Shown piece by piece: positions 11,478 to 25,526 of a stretch of DNA of 64,000 nt. Within the stretch, counting starts at the first letter, position 1; every line of letters begins with the position of its first letter. This stretch comes from Selaginella moellendorffii (Eukaryota > Plantae > Lycopodiophyta). The stretch lies in the NCBI RefSeq assembly GCF_000143415.4, contig NW_003314427.1, positions 1-64,000 of the forward strand, given 5' to 3'. A program made the position numbers and the translations under genes. Under the pieces are notes generated by a model, which saw only the letters and a list, made by a program, of their open reading frames with translations, had not been told where the DNA came from and did no database searches.

Positions 11478-12840
11478 ATGAAGGTGGAGGTGGAAGAGAT
11501 CTGCTTGGTTCCTCCGGAGATCAACAAGCCCGGCAAGGCTCTTCTCTCGCCGTTAGCTCACTTCGCCTGGGAGGTACACTATCGCACTCGGTTTCTCTTT
11601 TTCGAGCGTCCTTCAGTCAAGGAAGGTGCTTGTTTTGATGCGCTAGTAGTGAGGCTCAAGGCCGGCCTTCGCAAAGCACTGGGGTCCTTCTATCTTCTCG
11701 GAGGACGTCTTGTTGTCCGAGAAGATGATCTCATGGAGGTGGACTGTAACGGCGACGGCATCATGTTTATCAGAGCCAGCTCCGACGTTGCGCTCGGGGA
11801 TCTGAGCTACAGCGATGGTGATTTCCAGCTTCCTGACGAGGATCTATCGAGCTTGGCACAGACTGCCGGGCATGTTCTCAACTGGCCCTGGCCTTCAGAC
11901 GCCCCTCTCCTCTTCATCCAGGTACCAAATTTCCATTTTTCCATCACTACGGAAAAACACTTTTCCTTTTCCTTTGCAGGCTACTCGATTCTCCTGCGGT
12001 GGTCTGTGCATCTCGATCAAGTTTAATCACCAGGTGATGGATGGGACGAGTGCATGGCACTTCTGGAAATCCTGGGCGGAAGTTTGCCGTGGACAAGAGA
12101 TCTCAGTGTTACCAGTCTGGAGCGACCAGCCGATCAAAGTTCTTCTTCCTCGTCCGACACTTGACAAGCTCGAGATTCCACACTACTTGAGGCGGGCTCC
12201 AAAGCAAGCAGTGCTGTCTGCAACACTAGAAGATCCAACAAAGTATAGCACCAGGTGCTTCGTGTTCAAGGCGGAAGTTCTCGCAAGGCTCAAGGAAAAA
12301 GATCCCGGATTTACAACCTTCCAGCTCCTGACGGCTCACTTGTGGGAGAAGATCACTGTCGCTCGCCAGCTTCATGGCTCCACAGCCATGTTCTTTGCGG
12401 TGAATTGCCGCAAGAGGTTCCGGTGGCTGGATCCGGGTTACGGAGGCCAGGGCGCTCTCATTATCGGCACTACTCCACTGCCAGCGTCTCAAGTAGGCCG
12501 TGATGGACTGGCACTGGTTAGAAAAACGATCCAGGAATTCACTGAAGAGCAGGCTACGCGTTTCTGCGAGCTCGTGGAGATGCTTGCGTCGGACGAGCAG
12601 CACCGAATTGGCTTGACTTTAACCAAGAATGACGTGATTGTGGGGAGCTCGTTCTACTTCCCGGTGTACGAGGACTTTGGATTCGGCAAGCCGGTGGGGA
12701 TGGCAGCTGTGGCGGTCCCAAACGATGGGAGGATTTACTACTTCCCAGGTAGAGACGAGGGCAGCGTTGCCGCGTATGTGTCTTTGAGAGACGATGCTAT
12801 GGACAGACTCTTGGGCGATTCCACGCTCATGAATCGTTGA
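11478..12840 (+). CDS. BAHD acyltransferase
   Basis: HxxxD (HQVMDG) and DFGWG-like (DFGFG) motifs; single intron 11922-11979 at the conserved Q position (FIQ|ATRF). Confidence 0.93.
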
Positions 12841-12959
12841 CAAAGTTATAGACAAGTTAGCATTCTGGATGAAACAGATTATTCTTTAGGGTCATCCTAA
12901 ACCATGCTAAATACATGAGTTGGCATTTGGAAACTTTCAAGATATTGTTTTTTTTTTTT

Positions 12960-14395
12960 GGGTAGTGAATATACCTAAAATATATTTGAATATTATAGGA
13001 TAGTTTATTATATAACGGTTATTTATTTAGATTAATGTTGTATTTATAATTTATAAACATGTTTATAATTTATAAACTTTCTTAAACCCTTTCTAGTATA
13101 TTCTTTTTAGTTCTATCATCTAATAGTTGATATGTTATAAGATTAATCTTGTGTTTATAAATTACAAACATGCTTATAATTATAAAATTTATTTGATCAA
13201 TTGGATTAATAAGTAAGAATAACACTAATTAACATGAGAATAAGTCTTAGGAACAATAACATATAAATTCACTTTATCTATTTCAAATGGAGTTCAATAC
13301 TGGAATCCTTATTTAAACAGAAAGACATTTTCTTCAAGTCAAAAATTTTAACTAATTATATAAACTATTTAAAAATATAGTGAGGAAGCTAGCATTCTAC
13401 AGTTTGATGTACATTTGTCCTTCAAACTTACGATATAAGTTCATCATTTTGCTATAGAGTGGTTAGTTACTAATAGCAGTGTATTGAGCATAACTTTATA
13501 ATTAATATTAGTGATAATAAAAAATAGTATTTGTAAGCCACTAATATTACTGTGCCACTAGAAATTTTGTGTCTTTAGAAATACTACATCAAAGAATGTA
13601 ATGTTAAGAAGACTGAATACACAATAAATTTGATTGTTTTAACTTTTGTCATTCATAGTTGTTATACTAGAAAGTTGTATAAATCTAATTATAATTTGAC
13701 AATTACTTTTATAAAATCAGTTTCTATATTTTTTCTCTTCCATGGTAGCTTTATTAATTTCATAACAAATTCTAATAACTCAAAATTATCAACAACACTT
13801 CTTATAGGTATAAAAAGTTGATTTTTTTTAAGACTAGGATGATAGTGGATATACTTAAAATATTCTTGGATATTCTAGGATATTCTACCATCTATTGGTT
13901 GTTATTCATTTAAATCTTGTATTCATAATTTATGCAAATGTTTATAATTTATAAACTTTCCAAAACACTTCCTAGTATATTTAAGTTTATTTTATTTAAT
14001 ATTTTAATAAATTTTAAGCATTTTTATTATTATAAACTTCAATTGTATTAATAAATAAAATTCAAATTATTTTAAGTACCTCTAAAAAGTAATCCCTTAC
14101 AGCAAAAATTTGAAGTCAATTTTTGGTTTTTTTGAGCAAACCTGGGCAGTAATGAATATATTTAAAATATACTTGGATATTCTAGGATATTCTAACATCT
14201 AAAGGTTGCTATTTATTTAGATTAATTTTTATTTATAATTTAAAAAGATGTTTATAATTTTTAAACTTTCCTACACACTTTTTAATATATTTTAGTTTAT
14301 TCTGGTTGACAATCTTGTGTTTATAAATTATAAACATATTTATAATTATAAACTTCCACTTGATTAATTGGATTAATAAATAGAAATAGCACTAC
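12960..14395. repeat. Three diverged AT-rich ~220-260 bp direct repeats (starts about 12962, 13842, 14148)
   Basis: Shared core gaatata..taaaatat..ttggatattctaggata...tgtttataatttataaacttt; probably a non-autonomous transposon remnant. Confidence 0.7.
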
Positions 14396-14471
14396 TTTTA
14401 AATAAATAAAACGTTGTTGCATGCAACACGCAGCAAATTATTATTTTGGCTTATATTAACCAAGTCCTATC

Positions 14472-16148
14472 TTAATTTGCAAGCATGTTTGCAAACATGA
14501 TGTAGCTTGACCCATCATTCATTTTAGATTTGATGAGATGATGAACAGCTGTTTCAGCAGATCTAATATCACTTTGGTATCTACAAGCAGCAAGAAAACA
14601 CCTCCAATCTAGAATATGTGGAGTGTAAGGCATGTTGTGTATGAGGTCTTTGGCTTGCTCAAGCTCGGATGAACGAGCTAGCACATCGATCATGCAACTA
14701 AAATGCTCAAAACTGGGTGTCACACCATAGTCTAGAGTTAAAGATCTAAAGCAACTATATACACTCTCCAGCTTTCCTAAAGCGCTATAAGCGATTAGTA
14801 CCGATGCAAACACAGAAGAGCTACATCTATCAACCATGTTTGCATTGTAATATGTACTCAATGCATCTCGAGGTGTTGCGTTTTGCGTAAAGGCAGCCAC
14901 CATAGATGTCCATGACACTGTGTCACTCACAGGCATTTCATCAAACAATCTCTTTGATAGTTGCAAGTTTCCATTCTGGGCATACGCAGCAAGCAGGGTA
15001 GTCCATGAGAATTCATCTTTGCGCTCCATTTGATCGAACAAATCCTTGCACTGGGTTAAATCTCCTTGCTGTGCATATGCACTGAGTAAGGCATTCCAGC
15101 AAACTAGATCCTTGAAAGGCATAGAATCAAACACGAACTTAGCTTCCTCGAGATGACCCTTTCGGGCATAAGCCACAAGCATGGAACTCCACGTCGCAAG
15201 ATCAAGCACGGGCATCTGGGATAGAAGTCTTTGCAAGCCTTCAAAATCAGCTTTGGATGAGAACAGATTCAGCATTGCTGTGGACGAAGCTAGATCCCAA
15301 TGAGGCATTTTGTTGTAGAGAGTTTCAGCCTCCAGCTTATTCCCGGTGCGGGAGTATACGCTCAACAAGGTAGTCCATGAAACAATGTCCTGTTCCGGCA
15401 TCGATTCAAAGACTTTGCAAGCTTGAACTTCGCTGCCACTATTCACGTATGCATGCAGCAGCGAGTTCCAAGACAATAGATTCGTCGCCGGCATACGTGC
15501 AAAGAATCGCTTCACATCACCAAGATGCCCGCCATTGGCATATGCAGAAAACATTGCATTCAAGGATACCAAGTTGTATTCTGGCATATAGTTAAACGAG
15601 TTCTTAGCTTCATGAAAATTTCCGCACTGGGAATAAGCGTAAATCATGCAAGTCCATGAAACAATGTCTCTTTGCGGCATGGAACCAAACAACAGCCTAG
15701 ATTCCTCTAGATACCCATTCTGGGCATATCCCGAGATCATGGCATTGCAGGAAACCAAATCCTTCTCTGGAATCGAATCAAAAATCTTCCTAGCTTTGGA
15801 AAGATTGCCCTCCCGGGCATAGGCGTCGAGAAGAACAGTGCAAGAGATTCGATTCCTGTGTGGCATTGTGTCGAAAATGCGCTGCGCTTGCTTGATATGC
15901 CCATTCCGGGCATAGGCGAGGAGGAGGAGATCCCAGGAGAAGGCATTCTTCGTGGGAATCTCATCGAAGACTCTCCGGGCGTGCTCCACGCTGCCACAGG
16001 CAGCGTACATCTCGATGAGCTTGTTGAGGAGGTAGACATCGTCGTCGCGATACAAGCTGGATTGGATCAATCGCTGGTGGAGATCTAGCGCCGCGGAGAG
16101 ATTGCCGCAGGACTGGATCAAATGCAAGCAGTGGTCGCGATTTTCCAT
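14472..16148 (-). CDS. PLS-class pentatricopeptide repeat protein (long 31-aa S/SS array, E domain, no DYW)
   Basis: Intronless 558 aa ORF; repeated MPxxDxVSWxxMxxAYAQxG units; C-terminal HFSCMIDVLAR..MPY..W..FLAAC region. Confidence 0.93.
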   Translation of the reverse strand: MENRDHCLHLIQSCGNLSAALDLHQRLIQSSLYRDDDVYLLNKLIEMYAACGSVEHARRVFDEIPTKNAFSWDLLLLAYARNGHIKQAQRIFDTMPHRNRISCTVLLDAYAREGNLSKARKIFDSIPEKDLVSCNAMISGYAQNGYLEESRLLFGSMPQRDIVSWTCMIYAYSQCGNFHEAKNSFNYMPEYNLVSLNAMFSAYANGGHLGDVKRFFARMPATNLLSWNSLLHAYVNSGSEVQACKVFESMPEQDIVSWTTLLSVYSRTGNKLEAETLYNKMPHWDLASSTAMLNLFSSKADFEGLQRLLSQMPVLDLATWSSMLVAYARKGHLEEAKFVFDSMPFKDLVCWNALLSAYAQQGDLTQCKDLFDQMERKDEFSWTTLLAAYAQNGNLQLSKRLFDEMPVSDTVSWTSMVAAFTQNATPRDALSTYYNANMVDRCSSSVFASVLIAYSALGKLESVYSCFRSLTLDYGVTPSFEHFSCMIDVLARSSELEQAKDLIHNMPYTPHILDWRCFLAACRYQSDIRSAETAVHHLIKSKMNDGSSYIMFANMLAN

Positions 16149-16232
16149 TGCTTCTGAATCGTGGGCAGATCTTAGATTTATCGAGGATAGAAACTTCCAA
16201 GCTTTGGCAAGAGAACAAATCGATCTTCCTCT

Positions 16233-18098
16233 TCATTTAACCAGCGCATGGTTGTAGTCGTGGAAGTGATAGTTCTTGCGGATAAAGCGGGCTGTGTATC
16301 TCGAAGCTATCCACAAGAACACTCCCAAGATCCCCCACCAAGAACGGCGAATCGACGCTACTGCAACTGTGGCTATCGCCGCGATTTGCAAGCCCAGCTC
16401 GGCCAGCTTGAAGGATCTCAAGGCCGCCATGCAAGTCGGGCATCTCTTGACGTGGTTTTCATACCTGGTGGTGATCGCAAGCTTTCAGAAAATCCAGGAA
16501 AGAACGAGGAGTACCTGTCCATGAGCTGCTGCTTTGGAGGAGATGATGGAAGCTTTCGATCAATGTGTGGAGCATAGCCTGGAGCTCCACCCGCGTAAAC
16601 GCTGAGCCACCTTCGAAATCCCAGAACGAATGCATCGGCCGATGTTGGTATGTACTCTCTTTCGTTTCGCTCTTGCTTTTGCTCCTGGAGGATGAAAGGA
16701 TTCCAAGAGTTGGATCATCGATCGATTGCATGAACGAAGCAGCGAAGACTTACCATGATATGGAGAAGATAGAGATCCGAGTCGAGCACCAGCATGTGTC
16801 GAAGGTGAGCGAGCCATCTCGGGGTGTAAAAGTGGATGGATTTTGCGAAGTTCCTGGGGAAGGACCAGAAGGCTTTGCTTCTGCCCGGAAGAACGGGCAC
16901 ACACATGAACACGGTGTATGTGATCTTGTCCGACTCTTCCTGCATTGAGCAATCCAGAGATTCTTAGAAACCAGCTTGCTCCAAAGCTTGCTAAGAACCT
17001 TTTGCTTGGGTGGTATTCTTATCTCCATCACAAACGAGAGAGGCGGCATGAAAACTACGTCCCCTCGTCCTGTGCTACCTTTGAAACCATGCCGATCGAA
17101 TTTGTTCACGGTGTAGCTCACTGGCCCAGCTTTGTTTCTATTCCCCTGATCGAAGAAAACATCAGTGAAAAGAACAAGATGAAACATACTTGGAGCTTGT
17201 GGTGCGCGAATGGAACGTGTGTAGGATCCATGAGGTTCTCTATCAATGCCTCGTACCTTGGAAGAGCATAAGAACTTTGGTGAGAATCTCGAGACCTTTG
17301 CTTTTACCCGTAAGGAACATCACTCGTAGCCCAGTAGTGAACAAAATCAGCGTCCTCGAGAACTGGAAAGAAAGGTGGCTTGATCTGCGAAGACGCGCTA
17401 GCGCTGAAGTTCATCCACAAAATCCCCTGCTGCTCCATGCTAGGATAGACCGTCGCACAAGCGCGAGGCGATCTAGCAGCCTGGAAAGATAAAAAAGAAG
17501 TTTTTGATCATCCAAGAACTTTGGAGAGAAACACGTCCAAGAACTAAACTTTGGAGACAAAGAAACGTCCAAGAACTTTGGAAAGAAACAATCTTACACT
17601 CAAGTCTCCAGGCTGGGCTTGAGGGATCCGAGAGCACGATCCAGTTCCTGGAGCAAATATCCATCCGTGGTAACTGCATTGGATGTGACCATTCTCCCCG
17701 ATTCTGCCCTCGGACAATGGAGCTAGCCTGTGCGGGCACTTGTCACTGAAAACTTGCCAGTTCTTCCCATTGCTATCCCACCACACAACCAATTCATTTC
17801 CAAGAATCGTGACAGCGTGAGGAACTCCCTTGTCTAGTTCTTGCTCGATCGCTACCGGGTACCACTCGCTGTTCCAATCGAACCATGTCGAGCGCTTGGT
17901 TTGCTCTAGAGCTTCTTCTTTCTCCCTAGACGACGTGGCTCTCGTGACTATAGCTATGTGCCTTGGATTCGCTACTCTACCTTTTCTCGTGGTTCTTCTC
18001 AAGAATGCGAGTGGGACGCTATGGTTGCTGGTCGCCCACAAGGATTTCCATGGCCTCTGCCATGTAATATCTGGAGCTAGAACCTCGAGAATCGCCAT
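16233..18098 (-). CDS. PTC52: Chloroplast Rieske oxygenase, PTC52/ACD1-like (PAO family)
   Basis: Rieske CPHRLAPLSEG..QCSYHGW, FDW..WYPV N-terminus and C-terminal FHDYNHALVK; multi-exon. Confidence 0.85.
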
Positions 18099-18251
18099 TG
18101 AAACGTTATCTATAGTATAGACCAGGAACACCAAAGTATGATCTTGGGTGATTTTATCGTTGAACTGGCGGGTAAGCTTAGGCATAGAAAAAAAATTAAT
18201 AAGCTCTCACGCCAAAGATGATGAGCTCCAAAGGGTTTTCTTTGGTTGGAG

Positions 18252-21200
18252 ATGGAAGGCTTTGGTGCCAACAGTGTCGAAGAACTGGATGTGGGCGATC
18301 TCGAGAGCGCGGGGCTAGAACCATCCGAGGCTCTACACTTCTACCAGGAGCTCCAGGTAGCGTTGCAAAGGGCAGGATTTGGAAAACTCGAGTCGATATG
18401 GAGGCTTGTATCTCAAAGTTTGCTCACGCCTCGACATCCTCACACACTCCATCAGCTCATGTACTACTCGATCTACAAGAATTGGGACGAGTTGCAATGC
18501 GGTCCACCACCGTATTGGTTTCCATCGCTGTATAAGTTTTCTTGCATTTTTTTTCTTCTTTTTTTTCTTCTTTGATCGCTCAAACTTACAGGGAGTTCGC
18601 AAGGAGTACGAGCATTGGACAGCTCCTCAAGGCTCGTGGAAACGAACTTCTCGGCAATAAGGTATACGTTGATCCAATCGCGAGCTTTACAAACTTCTAC
18701 AAGTTCTCGGTTCAGCATCCGGAGGTGAAAAAACCATTTCTTTCTCGTTCCTCCATAGCTCTAAACTTTTCATTCCAACTTCTCAGATTTTCTGGTCCAT
18801 TGCGTTTGAGAACCTGAGCTTGCATTTTTCTGTGGAACCCAAACAAATGGTGGACTCGAGTGATTCGTCACGTCCAGCAGGAAAATGGCTACCCGGTGCT
18901 GTCTTGAACGTTGCTCACTGTTGCTTGCTACCAAAGCCGAACATCGGAAAGACGGACGATAGCATCGCCATTATATGGAGAGACGAAGGTGGAGATGATT
19001 TGCCTCCCAGCACAATGAAACTCTCGGAGCTTCGGCACCATGTCAGGTGAATTTAAGTTCCATTCATCCATAGTTTACTAGGAACTTACGTTCTTCCTTT
19101 CTTTCGTTTTCTTTTTTCTCTTGCAGCCGGGTGGCATTCTCGCTTCAAGCTGCCGGTTTCCAAAGAGGAGATCGAATCGCCATCGACATGCCAATGCATA
19201 TCCACGCTGTTATCATCTACTTGGCCATAATTCTCGCGGGCTGCGTGGTAGTGTCAATAGCTGACAGCTTTGTTTCCTCGGAGATCGCTGCTCGCCTAGC
19301 GATCTCCAAAGCAAAGGGGATCTTCACTCAGGTGATTTCCAAAACTTTCACGTTTTCAGCTGTTACAAGAGCTTCTACAGGATGTGATAGTGAGAAGTGG
19401 TAAAACAATCCCGCTGTACAGGTAAAGAGTAAAGTCATATTTTTCGTGTTTTGCGTGATCCGGTTTTGCATAAAGTCGAGTTTTGGGAGCTAAACCACCA
19501 AAGGCAGTCGTCCTTCCATCGGATGGAAAATCAGTGCGTGTTCCAATCAGAAACCAAGACGTTTCTTGGGAGGAGTTCCTTGCAAATGGAAACGGCAGAA
19601 ACAGGTACACAGAAATGATCGAAAACTTTGGAGCATTGTCACTCAGATTCATCTGCAGATCTGGAGACGAGTTCCCGGCTGTGCAATTACCCGTCGAGGC
19701 ATGGACAAACATACTCTTCTCTTCAGGCACTACCGGTCTGAATGAAAAAACTCTCCAAACTCTACAAAGTCGGTGTTGTTTTCTTTTCTGAGATTCGTGC
19801 TTCCATTCAGCCGAGCCAAAAGCAATCCCGTGGAACCAGACAACTCCCATGAGATGTGCTGCCGATTCATGGGCACACTCCGATCTCCAAGCTGGTGATA
19901 TTTACTGCTGGCCAACGAATCTGGGATGGATGATGGGACCTTATCTTATCTCTGCTTGTCTACTCTCTGGAGCAACAATGGCACTCTACAACGGGTCTCC
20001 TCTCGGACGATCTTTCGGAAGGTTTGTCCAGGTGAAAAAATCGATTTTTATCTTCTTTTCTTGAGATGTTTCTGCGCAGGATGCGAGAGTTACGATTCTA
20101 GGAACCGTGCCGAGCATGGTAAAAACTTGGAAGAAGGTCAACTGCATGGATTCACTCGACTGGTCGAGTATCAGGTAATCTATAGGATGACGGAGAGAGT
20201 TTGTGCAACTCTTTAATATATTTTTGCGGCAGATCGTTTGGAACAACTGGTGAGGCTTCTAGTATCGATGACGATCTGTGGCTCAGCGCAAGAGCTTGGT
20301 ATAAACCAATTCTAGAGAGTTGTGGTGGAACCGAGCTTGGCTCGGCTTTCCTTCACGGATCACTGCTCCAACCGCAGGCCTTCGCAGCTTTCAGCACTCC
20401 GAGCTTGACAACGGCCTTTGTTCTTCTTGATGATTCCGGAAGACCATACGTAAGCTTTCATTCCGTTTGTAAATCGATCAGCATAAACGTTTGGAAAGCT
20501 TTCCAGCCAGATGACCAGCCTTGCTCTGGAGAGATTGCTCTCTTCCCCAAGCTTCTTGGAGCTTCATACACGCTGTTAAACGCTGATCATCACAAAGTCT
20601 ACTTCGAAGGCATGCCTGTGATCAATGGGATTGTAAGTACTTTTCAGAAGATTTATCATCGTGAAGTTCCTGAAGTTCTTCGCGTGTCTAGCAACTTCGG
20701 AGACATGGCGACGTGTTTGAGCGAACGGCCGGAGGCTTCTATAGAGCTAAAGGTCGAGCAGACGATACTATGAACCTTGGAGGCATCAAAGTAAGAAAAA
20801 AGAGTCTGTTTTGTTTCGTTTTTCTCCAGGTTCTCTGGTTGATGATCGACTGTTCTTATGACGCAGGTGAGTTCTGTGGAGATCGAGCGAGTTTGCAATA
20901 CCGCGCACAACAGCGTTCTTGAGACCGCAGCCATAGCCATGCCTCAAGGAAAAGGCGGCGGCCCCGACAACTTGATCGTCGCTGCGGTTCTCAAAGGTGC
21001 TCTTCCACCAGGTGAAAATCACCCAGAAATGCTCAAGAGGATCTTCTCGAAGGCTCTCCATGACAACTTAAATCCTTTGTTCAAGGTGAGTGAGCACGAG
21101 AAAAAAAAAAAAGTTCCTTGCGCAAAATTTGATTTTTGTTTTTTTTTTTTTGTTTTGTTTTGCTTGAAAGGTCCATGCGGTGGTTCTTCTTCCGGAATTT

Positions 21201-21269
21201 CCTCGCACAGCGTCAAACAAAATCATGCGAAGAGTCCTTCGAGCACAAATGCCGCGCAGCAAGCTCTGA
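18252..21269 (+). CDS. Peroxisomal acyl-activating enzyme 17/18
   Basis: [34 protein letters not shown] and [15 protein letters not shown] motifs; C-terminal PTS1 -SKL*; many short introns. Confidence 0.92.
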
Positions 21270-21464
21270 GATTTTCCTGCTGGTAGATTTGTTCACCATC
21301 AAAACCAAACTTTTACCATTCACAAAGATATGGCATTACCATCAAAACCAATTTTTTATCATTCACAAAGATATAGTTACATTGAGGAACATGTAAATGT
21401 TCTTGGCATGATATCCGGTTTCTAAAGAACGATGACAGAGAAGAAGAACAAGCGTTATGAGCGC

Positions 21465-22457
21465 TTAGAAAGTGCTGTAAACTTTCAAGTTCGTGAGGAT
21501 GTTGTTCGCGAATGGATCCGCGAGATGATCGAGCAAGTTTTGGAACGGACCGACGCCTGTGAAGGGTGCCTGGATGAAGTAGCCCAGAATCGCCAGCATC
21601 GCCAGCCTCCCATTCTTCACCTCCTTGATCTTGAGCGTCCGCATCGACTTCTCGTCCTTGCCGAATCCAAAAGGATTGAAGATCCCTCCCGGGTACGCTG
21701 GATCCCCCGAGCCTCCCAGGTACTTCTCGAATCCCAGGAAGTACTGCTTCCCCATGGAGCCGGGCTTGTAGAAGTCCTGCGCTCGCCGGTGCTCGGCGAA
21801 GCCCATGAGCGCCATCTCCAGGAAGAACAAGGTGTAGGGGTCGGCCCAGTAGTTGTAAGTTCCAGCGGGAGGGAAGACGCCGGTCTTGAACCACACCACT
21901 GCAGTCTCCTGTGGGATGATCCCAATCTTGCCAAAGATCTCCGGAGCGATGGCTCCCGCCGCTCCCAGCATCGCGTAGCGGCCATTGATGATCTCCGCGT
22001 AGGACAACCAGTTGGGAGTCATGAAGTTTCCAGCTCCCGCCGGGTCGGAGAGGCCCAAGGGATCGAAGCCATAGTCTCCGGGAAGCCTGTCCAGGAATCG
22101 ATCAAACTCTTCATGAAAAGAATGGATTCTAGAGAGCTTACGTTCCATCTAGGTAGGACAAGCTTTGCGACGACGCGAACCACAGCTGCCTATTTGCTTT
22201 CTGGCACACAAGAACGAGCAAATCTCCATCAATCTCTCGAAATTTCCACAATGTAGCATAGCATCGATGAAACAGGGGAAGGATCACATTACCGTGGCTG
22301 GCTTGTCCGATGTGGCCCTCACCACGAATCTGGAGAGCTTGCGCGGCGATGGCAGAGCGGCGGAGGAGCTGGAAACCCTGATGCCATTCCCAAACACCAG
22401 CTGCTGCTTCCAGCTGGTGGCGGCGTCGATCCCTGTGGCCACCACGGCGGCTGCCAT
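21465..22457 (-). CDS. LHCA3: Photosystem I light-harvesting chlorophyll a/b protein type III
   Basis: [40 protein letters not shown] and [10 protein letters not shown]; transit peptide starting MAAAVVATG. Confidence 0.95.
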
Positions 22458-22618
22458 GCTCGATCGAGCGATCGAACGGTGGGAATCGAGAATGCCGGCG
22501 CTAAGAACCCTAGGTAGCGCGAGCAACGAGCTCGTCTTTGCGCGCTGCCCAGCCACAAATTCACTTCTGTGGCATAGTATGAAGATTTCTTTCAATGCTC
22601 TCGGCCACTCGCAAACTG

Positions 22619-22695
22619 CCACGTGGACTTGAGGATTGCCTATTGGCAATTTGGATAGCCTCCGACGTGGCAGGGAAGAGAGGGTCTAGGGTTTT
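22619..22695. promoter_or_regulatory. Shared promoter: G-box CCACGTGG (22619-22626), second ACGT element (~22665), telo-box TAGGGTTT (22687-22694)
   Basis: Motifs lie between the divergent ATGs of LHCA3 (22457) and the mitochondrial gene (22711). Confidence 0.55.
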
Positions 22696-22710
22696 ATTTC
22701 GCCAAGCGCA

Positions 22711-23892
22711 ATGCTAGCGCGGCTATGGCAATTTCCATGGCGCTATCGCCCTACATTGTCGATCGCAAGGTAAGCGAGCAGCTTTTCGGAGTTTCTAGCG
22801 CCTAGGTCTGAATGGATTGGCCGCACAGGTCCATGCGCGGCGCGGTCGCCACGATTCCATCGCCTCTATCACTCGGTATGCGTGAAGAAATTTTTGATCC
22901 AGCCTTAGATATGGATTTTCTTTATTCCAGGCTTTTCTCGCAGCTACTCGCGTAGCGATAGCGAGGATTTCGATGAAGAAGAGGAAGTGGACGACGATGA
23001 GGACTTGGATATCGATCCCGAGGTATGGGACGAGGATCCGGACGGCGCCAAGAATCTGGATCCAACTTACGAGTTCCCGAAGCCTACCACCGAGACAAAG
23101 TTCTACGGCTTTTTCGACAAGAACTACAAACCCAGCTCGGAGTCGGAGGTGGACACGGAGGACGACGAGGACGTGGATTACTCCTTCTCGACGGACTACA
23201 AGTTCTCGCCATTCGCGAGAGCTGGAGTTTCGTACGAGGACTGGATCGAGATGAAGAACCAACACGATTCCATGCCGAAAAAGAGGAAGAAGGACGACGA
23301 CTTGGACGTTGATGACTTCGACGTTGAGAAGCTGCGAGGGGACATACCTTTCGACAAGTGGACGGAGCTCAAGCGCCAGTTTAGCATGACCACGGATGTC
23401 AAGGACGAAGATCTCGACTTTGTGAGGGATCGTCCCAAGGGCCAACGAAGTGGACTGGATCCCAATCCCAACGAGAGCTTGCACTACAAGACGATGCCCA
23501 AGAACGCCACCAGCGAGGAGAGGATGAGATACTTCCGCGGGGAGCTAGACAAGTACTTGAGGATAGCAAACAAGTACGACTACACGCCTCGCTTCTTCTC
23601 CTCGGATCCTCACATCGAGCGAGTGAAAGCGAAGCTGTCGACCATGAAGCCAGATGCGGATGGGATTTACAGGAACACGATCGAGTATATCTCGGACATC
23701 GACGTGCTGCTCTACGCTTACAGGGTGGTGAAGGCCAGAAAGATGGGACCGGGTACAGATTGCACGACGATACCCATCGATAACATCAAGATGGACTGGT
23801 TCTACAAGACGCAGAAGGAGCTGAGAGATGGAACTTACGAGTTTCCAGGTAGCTTTACGGTTTACGTGAAGAAGAAGAGCTTCAAGAAATAG
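22711..23892 (+). CDS. Putative mitochondrial 355-aa protein: presequence, acidic domain, then group II intron maturase RT0/N-terminal segment only
   Basis: Exons 22711-22769, 22829-22875 and 22931-23892 splice in frame. N-terminus MLARLWQFPWRYRPTLSIARSMRG...FSRSY|S. C-terminus GIYRNTIEYISDIDVLLYAYRVVK..GPGTD..IDNIKMDWFYK..ELRDGTYEF..VYVKK. Confidence 0.75.
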
Positions 23893-23920
23893 CGGTTCTC
23901 TACAACGAAAGCTGGTCTAG

Positions 23921-25526
<1,606 letters not shown>

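Noticed and set aside
21432-22256. Long antisense ORFs over LHCA3, and likewise over TUA, TTLL and the 22.7 kb gene
   Set aside because: Shadow ORFs caused by GC-rich codon bias.
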